Shown here one piece after another: positions 11,703-25,510 of a DNA stretch of 64,000 nt. The first letter of the stretch is position 1, and each line of letters opens with the position of its first letter. The translations under genes were made by a program, and so were the position numbers. The stretch comes from Octopus bimaculoides (Eukaryota). The stretch spans positions 38,626,989-38,690,988 of the forward strand of contig NC_068989.1 in assembly GCF_001194135.2 (NCBI RefSeq), in the 5' to 3' direction. The notes beneath the pieces were generated by a model. It searched no databases. It was not told the DNA's origin and saw only the letters and a program-made list of their open reading frames with translations.

Positions 11703-14427
11703 ATGTTCATATTTTTTCGCATTACATATTTTATTAATATTTTTCTGCATCAGTTATGCTAAAGTGTGTGTATGTGAGTGTAGGTAGAAAACTACCTCAA
11801 CAAGTCTCATTCCAATCATATCATGCTTTATACTTCAATACATACTTCCTTACATACAGTTTAAAGTGGCAACTTAGCAAAATTGATAGAATGATTTGAG
11901 GTATCAGTTGCAGTAACTTCTTCTGCACACTGAGTTCAAATCTTACTAAGGTCAACAGGTCAACTTTGACATTCAGCTTTGCTAGGATTGCTGAAATGAA
12001 TACTACAAGGCATTCTACCTCTTGCTATCCCATTTCTAGCAGTTCAAAAACATTCATTACTAGAAAATATAATTTGAACTATTATGAATTTTATTCTATG
12101 TTTAGTAAGATGATATGGATGCAATTCATTAAAATTAAAGCCAAAAATAAGACATAGAATTTGAATATCATGATGGTGAAATGTAAGGTAAGCTGAAAAA
12201 TAGGTGGGCTTTGTTAAAATTAGGTGTGCTGAAATAAATGATAAAGCTTGAAAAAAATCTGGAGGAGGAGGTGATTGTAGTAATACATATGTTAAAGAAG
12301 GAAATTTTAGCATTTAATTGGAGATGGGGTGGGTGGGGGAAATTGGATAAATGTACAGAGTAGCTGTTGAAATTGAGAAAATAATGATGGAAGTAAATTA
12401 AGTGGAAAATTTTAAAAAGATAATTTGGTGTATTATTAAAATCAATGTAATTAAATGTCATCAATTTCTATGTTTCTATGTGATGAAGAAGAATATAATA
12501 TTCTGAAAGTTTGTGTGGATAAAAATTCTTTTGTCGCTGGGTAGCAGAACAAACAATATAATAGGGTATGATGTTGGCAGATATCCCACACAAATATGCA
12601 CAATTATCAAGAAATGAATATATGCTTGATGATCCACAGAGCAAGATAACTAGTTGGTGGTGTGAGACATGACTGTGTGAATGCTTTGCAGCCATATAAT
12701 TTTAGATTCCATCCCATCAGGTACCTTTTCTTCGACTAACACCCCAAGATAACCAAAGCTCTGGGAGTGATTATTAGTAGATGGAAACTAAAAGAATTTT
12801 GTCATATCTGTTTGTGTTTGAGTGTCTGTATGTGAATGCATTTCTGTGTGCTTACATTTGTACTTCTATGAAAATCACTGACATGCAAGTAGTGATATTG
12901 TTGCCATTTCCTTTGACAAAATATCATCTGTTGGCTCGTAGTTGAAAATGTTGAGTAAGAGAACTCTTACTTGTAAATCAGAAAAATAGTTAGCAATAAA
13001 GGGCTTTCCATCGTAAAACAATGTCTCAGTATGGAAATACTGATGTGAAAATCAATGAATAGTTAAAAACATTGGCTATCACACACCATCAAAGATGACT
13101 TGGTATCAAGCTTGTACCACCATGTGTTGCTAATGGCTTTATATGGATGTGTAATTATGAGCAGACACATACACCCTTTCAGCCCACTCAGCTTTTATCC
13201 AGTAGAATATCCCAGAGAGTGGAAGAGCTGATAGTTTTATTCGTTGATCGCAGAAAAAGGAAAGGCAAAGCTGACCTCAACAAAATTTCAACTAATGGCA
13301 TAGACACTAAATATCACAACCAACACCCTAAGAACTGTATCAATCTATTAACTGCCTAATATATGCATACATATGTGTGTGTATGTGAGCAAACAAAAGA
13401 AACTGTTTGAAAGTGTTTTTAAAAGGTTTACTCAGTCTCACATTACTCAATGTTTCATAGATATAAATAGCCATCTAGCTGGACAGATATCTTGGCTTAA
13501 AGGGACAAGAAAGAAAAATGGCTTCTAAATGATAATATTCAGGGGACCTCTATTGGTTAGTTCATGTCTTGTGAGAAATTAGGTAAATCAGCAACAAAAT
13601 ATATAATTTTGTTTATGTTCTGTGTAGTTGAGGAGAAAGTCTAGTGGTGCCTGCTGATCTACAACCTTCACAAATATAATGATATCAAAAAAGGAAAAGA
13701 AAGATTGGAATGGAATGTGCCTATTGTTCCACATAATGGGGCAATTAATTTGTTGGTGTCATGTTGCATATGAATGTGTTAACAACATCACATAGTGTAT
13801 CTGTGGAGTCATGTTATTGGGCAAGGTGTTGCATATAATGTTTAATGTATATGTAACTGGGTGGTCATTGAAAGGAGAACAGTCTCATTTTGGGTCAGCT
13901 AGAGTTATTATGGTACTTCTGAGGTACTGGCAGCTAATGGCTGAAAGTTAATTAACAGGGAATTCTCTGTTAGCAACAATTTTTCTGTTGATGATTCTGT
14001 AGACTGTTATGGTATATGCCATTCTCATGGAGGTAGATCTTTCAATTATGGATTCCAGGTGAATAAGCAGATCTCTCAATGTTGCTCCACTTGATGTTGT
14101 GGTAGTTTTTTCCTTGGTTCTGGGGTCTTCAGAGGATGCAGAACAAAGAGGAGGAGACTTCACTGTAGGTCATTAGTATATAATTACAGCAATTAAAATA
14201 TATGTTAAGACATATTTTATACAAATATAAACATATATGAATACAGGCTTATCTTTCACATACATGTATGTGCATAACATATTGGAGATATGTTCATCTT
14301 AAATTTAAAGCAAAGCAATTATCTAAAATAAGCTTAATTTTAAAATTATTATTCAATTTTGTTTTGATTTCATTTCATTTTAAGTAAAATGCCATCAACT
14401 TACTGATTTTCTTTAACTTTTTTCTAG

Positions 14428-14701
14428 GTATTTGGCCACAACACATTTTGAACCGGCATCTGCTCGGCTGGCATTTCCTTGTTTTGATGAGCCGGACAAG
14501 AAAGCAAATTTCACACTTTTTATGGTGAGAGAACAGCGTCACAAAACTCTGTTCAATATGCCTTTAAAGACAACTACATCTTATATTCATGGACTTTTCT
14601 TGGATTCTTTTGATACAACACCAAAAATGAGTACCTACCTAGTTTCATTTGTTGTTTCTGATTTTGCATCAGTCAGTGGAATAAGCAAAACTGGAATTAA
14701 G
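14428..14701 (+). CDS. Internal coding exon of an M1-family zinc aminopeptidase (ERAP1/ERAP2/LNPEP-like)
   Basis: Acceptor tttttctAG (14426-7) and donor GTaaat (14702-3); 274 nt, phase 2 to phase 0. Encodes YLATTHFEPASARLAFPCFDEPDKKANFTLFMVREQRHKTLFNMPLKTTTSYIHGLFLDSFDTTPKMSTYLVSFVVSDFASVSGISKTGIK, with the M1 motifs FEP-x3-R-xAFPCFDEP-x2-KA, NMP and T-x-KMSTYL. No stops. Confidence 0.95.
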
Positions 14702-15212
14702 GTAAATCATCAACAATATTTATTTCCTGTGCAATTGTCTCCCTATTTCTCTTTGTTGTAATTTATATTTCTTACTTTTGTTTTGTATGTGTGTGTACAA
14801 TACATTTTTTTCTATATATATTATAAATGCAAATAGACATTCTTATATTTAACCCATATAGGTAAAATTTCTATTAATTGTATTCAATATAAATTATGGA
14901 AGCAACAATTTATGAGATCACATGCAGAGTGTCAGAAATAGAAGACTTGTGTGGCTGGTGCAAGAATATGTGAAATATAAACGTTTACAGATACTCAGAA
15001 GACTCTCAAAAAATAGTTGGCAAATGAATGAAGTCCTTAGTGATATTTTTTTCTGTACCAAATTACAGACACTTCCTTGCCACTTTCACCATCAGAAGTA
15101 AGCTGAACTAGTTATTGGCTCAGTGATTAGAACCAGTAATTAGCCCATAACAATTATTTTGTTGCTCACCTATTGCAATATAGAATAAATAATTTCTTAC
15201 ACACTTCTCTTT

Positions 15213-15502
15213 GGTGAAGTGCATGGCTTAGTAGTTATGGTATTTGGCTTACAATCGTAAGATCATGAGTTCAATACCTGGCAGCATGTTGTGTCCTTGA
15301 GCAAGACACTTTATTTCACATTGCTCCAGTTCACTCACTTGACAAAAAGGAGTAGCACCTGTGTCATACTGAATCTCCCGGAGAACTACATTAAGGGTGC
15401 ATGTATCCGTGGAGTGCTCAGCCACTTGCATGTCAATTTCCCAAGCAAGCTGATCCATTGATCAGATCAACTGGAACCCTCGTTGTTGTAACAAATGGAG
15501 AG
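15213..15502 (+). mobile_element. tRNA-derived SINE, family C-related
   Basis: Head CATGGCTTAGTAGTTA...GAGTTCAATACC. The 3' half (GAGAACTACATTAAGGGTGCATGT...ACTGGAACCCTCG) matches 7000-7110. Confidence 0.8.
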
Positions 15503-16225
15503 ATATTTAAAAAAGTTTCTTTTTTATTTTGCATAGGTGACATCCCCAAGTGGATAAAATAGTAAGCCTCTCATCATTGGTTGATAGCTTCAATTCCCCT
15601 GGATATCAGATTACAGGGTCTATGCTACTTGGAATTTATAAATATCATGTGCATCAATTATTTGGTAAATGATACAAAATGACAGGTAACAACCAGCCCA
15701 GAAGCATATGTTTTGGGGAAGCTTAAGACAAATTTACTTAGCTATCTTTATTCCAGATCTGGATAAGATAATTCATTTTGACAGTATTAAATTCAGTAGA
15801 AATATGTGACACCATTTCATTTCAAGTTCACCTTAGCATGAACTTGGTGTTTATTTAATAAATCAATGAACATTGTTTAATCAGCTAATAAATTTATTGT
15901 TCTATGAAGTAGTGAACGTATTGTGTAATAAACCAATGGGGATATCATTTAATGAACTAGTAAGCATGTAGTTCAATGATATTGTTAAAAAAATTAGTAA
16001 AAATACTGCTTGATAAACAAGTAAACATAAGTTTTCTCTGATGTTTCCTTATCAGTCAGGTCTGTTGATGTGTTTTTATTAATTCTGGTTTTAACTCCTA
16101 ATCATCGACTGATGCGTGGTTTGCATTTGGTCTTTCATGTGTGTGTATGTGTGTCTGTGCACCTGTGTGACCATGTGTCATATGATATGTGACTACATAT
16201 ATTAGTTAGCAGGCATAGGAATGTC

Positions 16226-16268
<43 letters not shown>

Positions 16269-17094
16269 ATGCATGCACATTTATTTGATTCCAAGTCTAA
16301 TGGATAGACACACACACACACACACTCCCTGGAAATGAAAAGCAAGAAATAAGGCAACTAATGAAAGACTGACAGACAGAAAGAGAGACAAACTGACAAG
16401 ACAGAGAGAGGTGTTAGAAAGAAATGGAGACAGGCAGGGTAAGAGAGAGAGAATGATGGAAAGAGATAGAGAAGAAGAAGAGTGAAAGGGAGTGAGAAAG
16501 AGAGAAAGAGAGGGAGAAAATAACCAAGAATTGGGGATAATCAGCTTTTCATTGTTGTTTTGATATAAATATAATATAAACAGCATCATTGACATGTTAC
16601 CAAATTTTATGATTTTTCTGTGGTTTTTGTCTGTTAATTTTTCTTGCCACTGTTGTTATTATTATGATCTAATTTCATTTTCTCATTATTCTCACACTAA
16701 AACATTAATAAATATACTGAGCAAAACAAACATAACTGGAACTACGGTGTCATTGTCAACAGTGATATAAGGTGATTTCACTACTCTAGTTTATTCTACA
16801 TATTCTTCTGCTTGTTTAAATGTTTGTCTATGAAACCCAGTAGAAATATGATTACTCTGATATTTACTTGCCAAGTCTCTGATGTTTTTCCAGCTGACCA
16901 GTGACTGTGTCATGTTCTATATGTTTGCCCATCAAACAAGAACGTGTATTATACACATTCTACGTATTTGAAGTTTAAAAAATAAAAATAAAAATCAGTG
17001 TAGCTGATATTATGTTCTCTGTATGGTTTATTTCTCACGTCACTGAATCAATATTATATACTGCCTGTTTGATATTGTTAGTCAATGATACATG

Positions 17095-17134
<40 letters not shown>

Positions 17135-17359
17135 TATATATATATATATAACTATATATATGTGTGTGTGTGCTGCCCTTCCTATAACTCATAATCATAC
17201 AGACATGATGCTTTTATAAAGCCACTCTGGCTGGTATATTTAAAGGAAAGGGTGAAATTAGAGGTTAGTTGTGTTATCCTTTGACAACCAGTGCATTCTT
17301 GGAACAAGTAGCACAACATAGACAAGAATTTCATGACCAAATTTTAATCTGAAAATATT

Positions 17360-17760
17360 GGATACTGCCACTACAGTGCCTTGTGCTTCTTACAGCCAGT
17401 TGGTCTCATACTGTCTCCTCTCAGAAACACCCAGATCATACATCTGTTCTCTTCTTGTCTCCCAGCTCATGCCCTTGTCCCTTCTCCATTTTTACTCTAG
17501 ATGCATTAATAACCATTAATCCAATCCTTCTTCCTCTGCCTGTCATTTTTCCTTTGTTCCATCAATACCCATGTTTGTTTGGCAATTGTTAACTTAGTGG
17601 TTTGGTCTGTAGGAAGAGATTATAGCCTTGGTCTTTGCAGTTCCTACAAGACCAGTGAGGTGGATGATGTTGAAGTTGTTCAAAAAGAACATCAACTCCA
17701 GGATGAAGGACATGCCTTCTTCCTCAAGACTAAACCATTAAAAATTAAGGAAAAAGTAAT
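17360..17760 (-). mobile_element. Old RTE-type LINE 3' remnant
   Basis: Minus-strand pseudo-translation GKNDRQRKKDWINGY...AGRQEENRCMI resembles the RTE C-terminus GKR.RGR.K.RW.D.I...A.DR..WR; many stops. Confidence 0.45.
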
Positions 17761-19104
17761 AGACTTTTTTTTTACAGTTTTAATAATTCAATAAAAATCA
17801 AAATCATAAGCTTGAAAGTATTGAATGAAGGTAGTGAAGAATATGTCCTACAAATGCTAGTAATCACTTTCAAGGTTTTAGTCAATGATATTAATTTACT
17901 ATCAAATATTTATTTTATTGACCCCATAATAGGGGAGAAGGACAAATCCTTGTTTAGGCAAAAAGGTACACAACCTGATCTACAGGGTCTTCTATATTCT
18001 TCAGCACACTTCTTCTGTGTCCTCAGCTCACTTCTAAACAATTTTTTCTATACATTTTACATTATCTTTTATACTCTTGTACAGTTACTTATATACACTT
18101 CTTCTACTGTCTTCTATACACCTATACAATGAATGCTATGCACTTCTGTTGTATTTTCTATTCTCTACACAATGTCTTTACAGTTCTACAATGTCTTTTA
18201 GACATCTTTACAATGACATCTCTACACTTGTTTGACTCACCAATTCTTTGGTGCCACCCTTATAAATACAATAATACAAACTCACACATGTCCTTGAGTT
18301 CAGCTGTTGCCTCTTACTTCTGCTACCATCTAATTACTTTTATAGAACTATTCTGGCCTGTGCAATATAACTTTGTATTATTTCTTTCATCTGTTACTCA
18401 GCTGATCACTGCAATATACTGTTCATGGATCCATTAAGATGTTAGGACAAATGCTTGTATTTATATATGAAGAGGCATACCTATTGTAGTTATTGTATAT
18501 AAAATAACAATATGCTACAATATTTCTTTATTGTATCATATGCACGCACACATACACACACAAATTCATGTTTTAAAATTTTATTTCACATGTATTATTG
18601 TCTTATTCATTCTCTTCATAATCCCTTGCATGTTACAATCTATCTATCTATCTATCTATCTATATATATANNNNNNNNNNNNNNNNNNNNNNNNNNNNNN
18701 NNNNNNNNNNNNNNNNNNNNNNNNNNNNNNNNNNNNNNNNNNNNNNNNNNNNNNNNNNNNNNNNNNNNNNNNNNNNNNNNNNNNNNNNNNNNNNNNNNNN
18801 NNNNNNNNNNNNNNNNNNNNNNNNNNNNNNNNNNNNNNNNNNNNNNNNNNNNNNNNNNNNNNNNNNNNNNNNNNNNNNNNNNNNNNNNNNNNNNNNNNNN
18901 NNNNNNNNNNNNNNNNNNNNNNAGGAGATGGGGAAGAAGTGATGTTAGTGTGTATTCCTGTATTTCTCCATATAATTAATTTTGGGAAATTTCTTTCATT
19001 CATTCACTATTACCAGAATTTATTTATTGATAGAAGTGTGTATGCAGTGTAATATATAATTCTTTAGATAGGTACATATGTGTATTTGTGAGAATATACA
19101 TTTA

Positions 19105-19339
19105 CAGGGTTGCCCAAAAGTAGTTTTACAGTTATCACGTAGGCACTTTAAATTTCTTTTAAAACATTTTATTACATTTAAATTTCTATCTTACACACTG
19201 AAAAGGAAGCTTGACAAAATTTAAAAAATTAGCATAGAATAATAGTTTCATATTCTTTTATAATTAAGATCTAAACTGTTAATATATGAATGCAAAAGAG
19301 ATAGTTGAATAATTGTAAACCTACTTTTAGGCTACCCTG
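19105..19339. mobile_element. Tc1/mariner-type MITE (235 bp)
   Basis: TA|CAGGGTTGCCCAAAAGTAGTTTTACAGT ... ATTGTAAACCTACTTTTAGGCTACCCTG|TA: ~28-bp imperfect TIRs with TA TSD. Confidence 0.85.
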
Positions 19340-19766
19340 TATATTTTGTTATTTATAATAATAAATATATATGTGAATATATAAATGCACACATAAACAC
19401 ACACACACAAACATCTAAACAATATGGATGTATCTTTATGGAATTTGCTTGAGACCAAAGGATTCTGGGTTGTATCCTAAGTTATAACATCTTGGCGCAA
19501 TATCATTTTCCATAGCCTTTAGTCATGTGAGTTGAATTAGGTAAATGAAAACCATGTAGAAGCCTACTGAATGGATTGTACCTGTAATTTAAAAGGTGTT
19601 ACCTTAACACACTCTGTGTCCCATTGGTCCTGCTTGAAGATTTCATTAAGGGTACATATATCTATGATATACACTGTGACTTTCACCTTTATTCAGGTGC
19701 AGGTAATTTTGTTGATTGTTTATTGATCAACTTAATCTGCTTCATTGAACATCAGAAGTTTGCTAT

Positions 19767-19811
<45 letters not shown>

Positions 19812-20010
19812 ATATATGAATACATAAATACACGTGTGTGTGTGTGTGTGTATATATATGCATATCTGTATGCATACCTACTTAAGNNNNNNNNNNNNNN
19901 NNNNNNNNNNNNNNNNTATATATATATATATATATATATATGTAACCTGTATAGTGCCTATATCAACAGAGCTAATTAAGCTGTTTCTCTGTAGATTGAA
20001 AAACTCATAA

Positions 20011-20058
20011 ACAATCTTAATCAATTCTTGAATCTTATTGGATTCTCATCAGAGATGT
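20011..20058 (-). ncRNA. Possible decayed hammerhead motif
   Basis: Minus strand reads ACATCT-CTGATGA-GAATC-caataa-GATTC-AAGA-ATTGAT-TA-AGAT: intact CUGAUGA, perfect 5-bp stem II, 4-bp stem I, but GAAA reads AAGA. Confidence 0.4.
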
Positions 20059-20170
20059 CTACATCAATTTGACTAATTCCTGAGAAAGAAGCAGCCTATC
20101 TGTTTATATACTCAACATTTACTCTAGATACAGAAAACGACCTACCAGTTTGCATACTGTAAGTGTGTGT

Positions 20171-20261
<91 letters not shown>

Positions 20262-20609
20262 TATACACACACACACACACAACCATCTGTTACCTTTTAC
20301 ACCTTTATGGAATTAACTCCCTCTCTTCATCCCCTACTTCCTGATTCACAATCCATATCCACTCTTACACTCACCTTATTGTACCTTTAATGTTTGCTCT
20401 GACACCCACCTTGTCATCATTATATTTATCTTAGCTACTTTCACCCATCCTTATACAATACAGAGTAGTTGAGTGTCTCCTCCATAGCAAGATACCTATC
20501 ATTGTCCCGCTGTCAAAATTTAACCTCTCAGCACCTGGTAAAGAAGCCACTTATCCTTCTTAGATAAACTATCCCATCTTGGTTAAGAGGGACCTTCCTC
20601 CTTTCCTTG

Positions 20610-20820
20610 TCCTGCAAATTACCTGGTAATCTGACTTGTGCAGGTGAGAAGAAAAAATGCTCCCAATACATAATGGTTGGTGTTAAGAAGGGCACCCAGA
20701 CCTAGAAACCATGCTAAAGCTGATACTGAAGCTCATCACTGTCCTGTGGCTCCTCAGATCCTGTCAAACCGTCTGATTCATGCCAATATGGAAATTTGGA
20801 TCTTAAATGTTGATAATAGT
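20610..20820 (+). mobile_element. Short element carrying the RTE-type 3' tail (family D, decayed)
   Basis: GGTTGGTGTTAAGAAGGGCACCCAG...CATGCCAATATGGAA resembles the tail at 62715-62878 and the LINE 3' ends at 35356 and 49365. Confidence 0.6.
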
Positions 20821-21239
20821 GGTGATATACATAAATGCACACATATTTATATCTGTACGCACACACATGCATGCTCATTTCTTATTCATTCTCTGTATGT
20901 CTACTTCTTCATTCTTTCATAATTTGACAAAACTGTTATTTTAGGCATTGTTTTATTGCCTGATTTCTTCCTTAACCCTTATTTGTTTTGCTATAAGTGA
21001 TCTCTTATTCCTGATGGTTTCATATATGCAAATTACTGTTTGATTTGATGACAGGAGAAACGATATCACCCACTGCACTTTTATGCATTTGATCACAGAA
21101 GTAAAGAACCACACTCATGCACTCATATAGCTATGCACTATACACACACACACACACACACACACACATGCATACGTGCATACACAAACACATGTAGATA
21201 TGTATATATACACACACATAGATACATATCTGCCAGTTA

Positions 21240-21387
21240 TCTGTTAGTTTCCACCTACCAAATCCACTCATAAGGCTTTGATTGGCCTTGAGGCTAGAGT
21301 GTAAGAAACTTGCTCAAGGTTCTACACATTAGGTCTCAGCACAAAACCATATGGTTGAGAAGTGAACTTCTTCACCACATTGCCCTG
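21240..21387 (-). mobile_element. SINE family A, 5' portion
   Basis: TTCCACCTACCAAATCCACTCATAAGGCTTTG...ACTTGCTCAAGG...AACCATATGG matches the family A head and body. Confidence 0.75.
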
Positions 21388-22179
21388 AAATATATTTCAT
21401 CTTTAGCAATAATTTATACTTTGACCAACTGACATTTAGGCAATCTACATTAATATAAGGAACCTAATAGACTGAACGCAAGGTCAAAATAAATCTTGAA
21501 CTTTTATGTTCAAAATTTGCCTTCATTTAGCTAGCATTCAATTCCTTATAAAGCAAAACAATTTATAATTTTGGAAGAGTAAGCATATTAGAGGAAAATT
21601 TTCACAATATACAGCTTTCTGACTTCACAATTGTAAAGACATGTTGAGTTAGAGTAAATGGTTTTCAGAACTGTGCAAGTAATTAGTATTTATTTTCTCT
21701 ATAAATGAAGTGCATATTGATGATAACAATATTTTAACAGAGTTAAACACCTAAAACTGAAAATGTTCTCATTGTTAGAACTTCAACTCAACTGACCCAG
21801 TATTAATAAACATATGCTGGCACAGCTATAAAACATCTGCAATTTCTCAAACTGTCACATTACATGTTAGAAATGAAATTGAATCTGAAGGAATAAATGA
21901 AATATTTAAGAACATAGATATAATTTCTTCGTATTAGATATGCAGAAATTGGAATAGTTCAGTTAAGAAAGGACACTGTCCCAAAGCATATCTGTGGAAT
22001 AATCTAAAGAAAATTAAGTTAGCTATGAGCTTTATTCAAAAGATAATTCCTCAAGTAGAGTCAGTTGTCTTTCATAGCAATTTAAAGAAGAACAAGGGAA
22101 TGATGCTTTCATGATAAAACATTATAATTGCTAAACTATAGAAGTTGAGAATTAAATGTGTCAGAAAAATATCCACTCA

Positions 22180-23016
22180 TATAAGGTGATATCAAAAAGT
22201 TCCAAGACTAGTTGTGTTTAATAACAAATAACTTATTTACCTAACTTTTAACATCATCTCCTTTGAAATAGTCACCTTGTGCAGCAATTCATCAGTCCCA
22301 GCATTCCTGCCACTTTTTGAAATCCAGGCTGGAAGTCGTTTTCTTTAAGTGAGTTGAGGACCTTCTGTGATTCACTTTTGATTTCATCAATGGTGTTAAA
22401 ACAGCAACCTTTGAGCTACATTTTCATCTTGGGAAAGAGATGAAAATCTGCATGTGCTAAATCTGGTAAATAGGGTGAATGTGAAAGTGATATCATATTG
22501 TTTTGGCAAAGAAACTCATGAGTGAGGAGAGCTCAGTGACAGGGGTGCATTGTCGGTGTGAAGAATCCATTTCTTCACACTCCACATATCTGGTTACCTT
22601 CACTGAATGTTGTCCTTCAAATGTTTCAAAACATGGCAATTGAACTCTCGATTGACAATGTGCATGCTTTTGATTAAACTGTGGCTCGAAACATTGTGTA
22701 CAACCCAATGCCTCATCACCATAAGCTTGCTGAAGAATGCTCAATGTTTCTGTAGCAGACTTCCTGAGTTTAACGAAAAATTTTGCATTGGCTCTTTGTT
22801 CCAACTTCCTGTCCATGAGAAAAATCACAGACTACAGCAGCATACATGTGATTACAAAAACACAAATTTCACAACTTGCAAAGTAAACACAGTGATGTCA
22901 CTTGGCACACTACCTCATGAAGGTCACTGCTAGCTCTTGCTGTACATGCAACTATGTGCTGCAATCTGTTGGCATGCTACAGAACTAGTTCGGGAACTTT
23001 TCAATACCACCTCATA
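22180..23016 (-). mobile_element. Internally deleted mariner element
   Basis: TIRs TATAAGGTGATATCAAAAAGTTCCAAGACTAG / CTAGTTCGGGAACTTTTCAATACCACCTCATA. Transposase N-terminus LEQRANAKFFVKLRKSATETLSILQQAYGDEAL joined to C-terminal remnants. Confidence 0.88.
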
Positions 23017-23080
23017 GATAACATGGTTGTGATGATAAGAACTCTGCCCTGAAAGTACAGTTATGGAAATCTATCTAGGC

Positions 23081-23122
<42 letters not shown>

Positions 23123-23279
23123 CTATTTTCTGATCCAGTAGGTGATTTTAAGATCTTTATGCATAGGGTGACTTTGAGATGAGATGTCGATGATTCTCTG
23201 TACTGAATGTTAAAGAGAAATGAAGATCAGTTATATTTATATATGAGTTTGTGTTAGAATAATGAGAATGGTTATGTGC

Positions 23280-23780
23280 CAAAAAATCTGAATTAAGTCT
23301 TGAAGAAAATAAATCAATAGATTATGTGGAAGAGATCCCCATTGACAGATGCTACAATGGAAAGTTCCATTCCAAGAGAAGAGGTATTTTGGTAAAAGGC
23401 TTTTTTTGACCATTTCTTGTAAGAGGACCTCCTAGTAAAGTTGTCTTCTCTCTCTAAAGTTCTCAAGAATGACAGATTACTGGTTCAGGACATTTGAAAA
23501 GTAAGTATGATACTATAAACCCAACCATACAAATGTCATTGAGGAGAGAGATACTCAAGCTGATAAATGATTTGATTGTTAATGATTGTTGACTGACTCT
23601 ATCACTTCTTTTCCATGAAGGAAATGAAATCAATAGAACAGTGTTAAAGATATTACCATTTGTGGGATAGGAACGTCACATATTTCCATAGAATGGGATA
23701 GGCTCCTGCACAGAGAAAAGGATAACAGAATTTGCAGAAAATAAAACTGAACCAGGAGCACACTGAGTTGAGAAATTAAC
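23280..23780 (-). mobile_element. Highly decayed PLE reverse-transcriptase remnant
   Basis: Minus pseudo-translation SSYKKWSKKPFTKIPLLLEWNFP resembles the PLE thumb motif T.VYRKPT.TG..L.W.S. Weak, with many stops. Confidence 0.3.
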
Positions 23781-24256
23781 AACAAAAACCACCTCCATAG
23801 AGAGGTGGTTTTTGATGTTAGAGTTATATTTTTCACTATACTTTCTCATATATTATTTTCAAAGAGTACAATCTTCTGTCACAATTTGTTCAATGTCTTA
23901 CAGAGCAAGTAAAGCAGTTATATTTCAAATACATTTATTTTTAAAAGATGCTAAGGGGGTTTACAGGAGCAGCCTTCCTTGCAATTATATAAACATAGAT
24001 ATACAATACTTTACATGACAGCTACATGATGTGTATATAATGTATTTAATACGGTAATGGTATAATATGAGCAAAATATAGTAGGTATAATGTGTGTATA
24101 GTACACTTTATATAGAAGTTAATATGTATCAACATAATAGACCATACAGTAGTAAAAATGTCTGAATATCAATAGTAATAACATGCGTATTGCAGATTCT
24201 ATAGTAGATATATTTGTGCATTTGATAGTTTATTAAGTATTGGAGGCATATGCAGG

Positions 24257-24313
<57 letters not shown>

Positions 24314-24952
24314 ATGCGTGTAATCTGTTTAGATATAGTTAGACCAAATAACAATCAATTGCAGACAGATTGAATCATAAAACTCTCTCCTACCCTCATC
24401 TGTTTCCAAAACTCTAACAGGAACCAATTGTGACTCCCCAGTGAACACTCTTCTGATAGAGTAGATGTGTGTGTATGAGTGTACGTGTACATGTGTGTGC
24501 ATCATAAATATGTATATATGTGTATGTGATTATGAAGATATGTATATACACTAGTATATTATCTCTAAGCATAGGCTCTACATATTTACACAACACACAC
24601 ATAGATACATATATTTGTATTTGTGTGTTCTGTTGTAATATATTTAAATGTTTAGTCATGTCTATACATGAACCCACTTTCTCTTGCTTCTCTCTTTATC
24701 TCATTACTTCTCTCTATGTATCTCTCTCCACTTGCTTTCTTTATTTAATATAATCTTTCATAATTTATTTAACTCCGAGAAATGTTTTCATTTTGAAATT
24801 CAATTCCTGTAATCAGTTTAAAAATATATTTAGTTTCATATTTCTTTATATAATGTTTGCTGTTTAATCCCTGCTTACACATGCATATACCCATATACAT
24901 ACATCAGTATACATACATACATCATACATTTATTTATATATATATATATATT

Positions 24953-25026
<74 letters not shown>

Positions 25027-25510
25027 CACACATGGTTTAGCCTGAAAGATTATAATGATTATAGACAATCGTAACGATATATTTAATGTTCACTATTGTG
25101 ACAATAGTGATGATATACCATATAAAAGTGGATAATTGTGTGAGGGATGTGTGTCTGTGTGTGTGTGTGTGTGTGTTTAAGTGCACGTGAGTGTGTTCAG
25201 AATATGAAAAGGAGAATAGAGGATACAGAAAGTGAAATGTAAGTGGCAACTGAAGAACAAGAAGGATAAATGTAATTAAAAGGAGAGTCCAGTATTAATG
25301 GAACATATAGTATTATGATGTGGAAGAGAGAGGGTGATATAAGTCCTGCACAGAGGGAGAGAGAAGAAGGCAATATCATATAACCAAATGGAAAGAACAG
25401 CTGATAACTTTATATGACCAGCACACAAAAGAAGAAAATACAATGTTTGTCTACTATTTGTGTTTTTATGGTATGTCAGGGTGGCAATTTCAGTTTGATG
25501 TTGGTTATAT

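Noticed and set aside
14702-14761. 3' extension of ORF 14432-14761 (VNHQQYLFPVQLSPYFSLL) and its TTG start
   Set aside because: Homology ends at a canonical GT donor (14702) and begins after an AG acceptor; the extension is intron read-through.
15537-15561. Strong acceptor (ttttattttgcatAG) plus GTAAG donor 836 bp downstream of the exon
   Set aside because: In the required phase 0 it reads VTSPSG-stop and has no aminopeptidase similarity; at most a cryptic or poison exon, with no evidence.
21055-21100. Possible small exon EKRYHPLHFYAFDHR
   Set aside because: Weak splice sites and no similarity to the expected next M1 exon.
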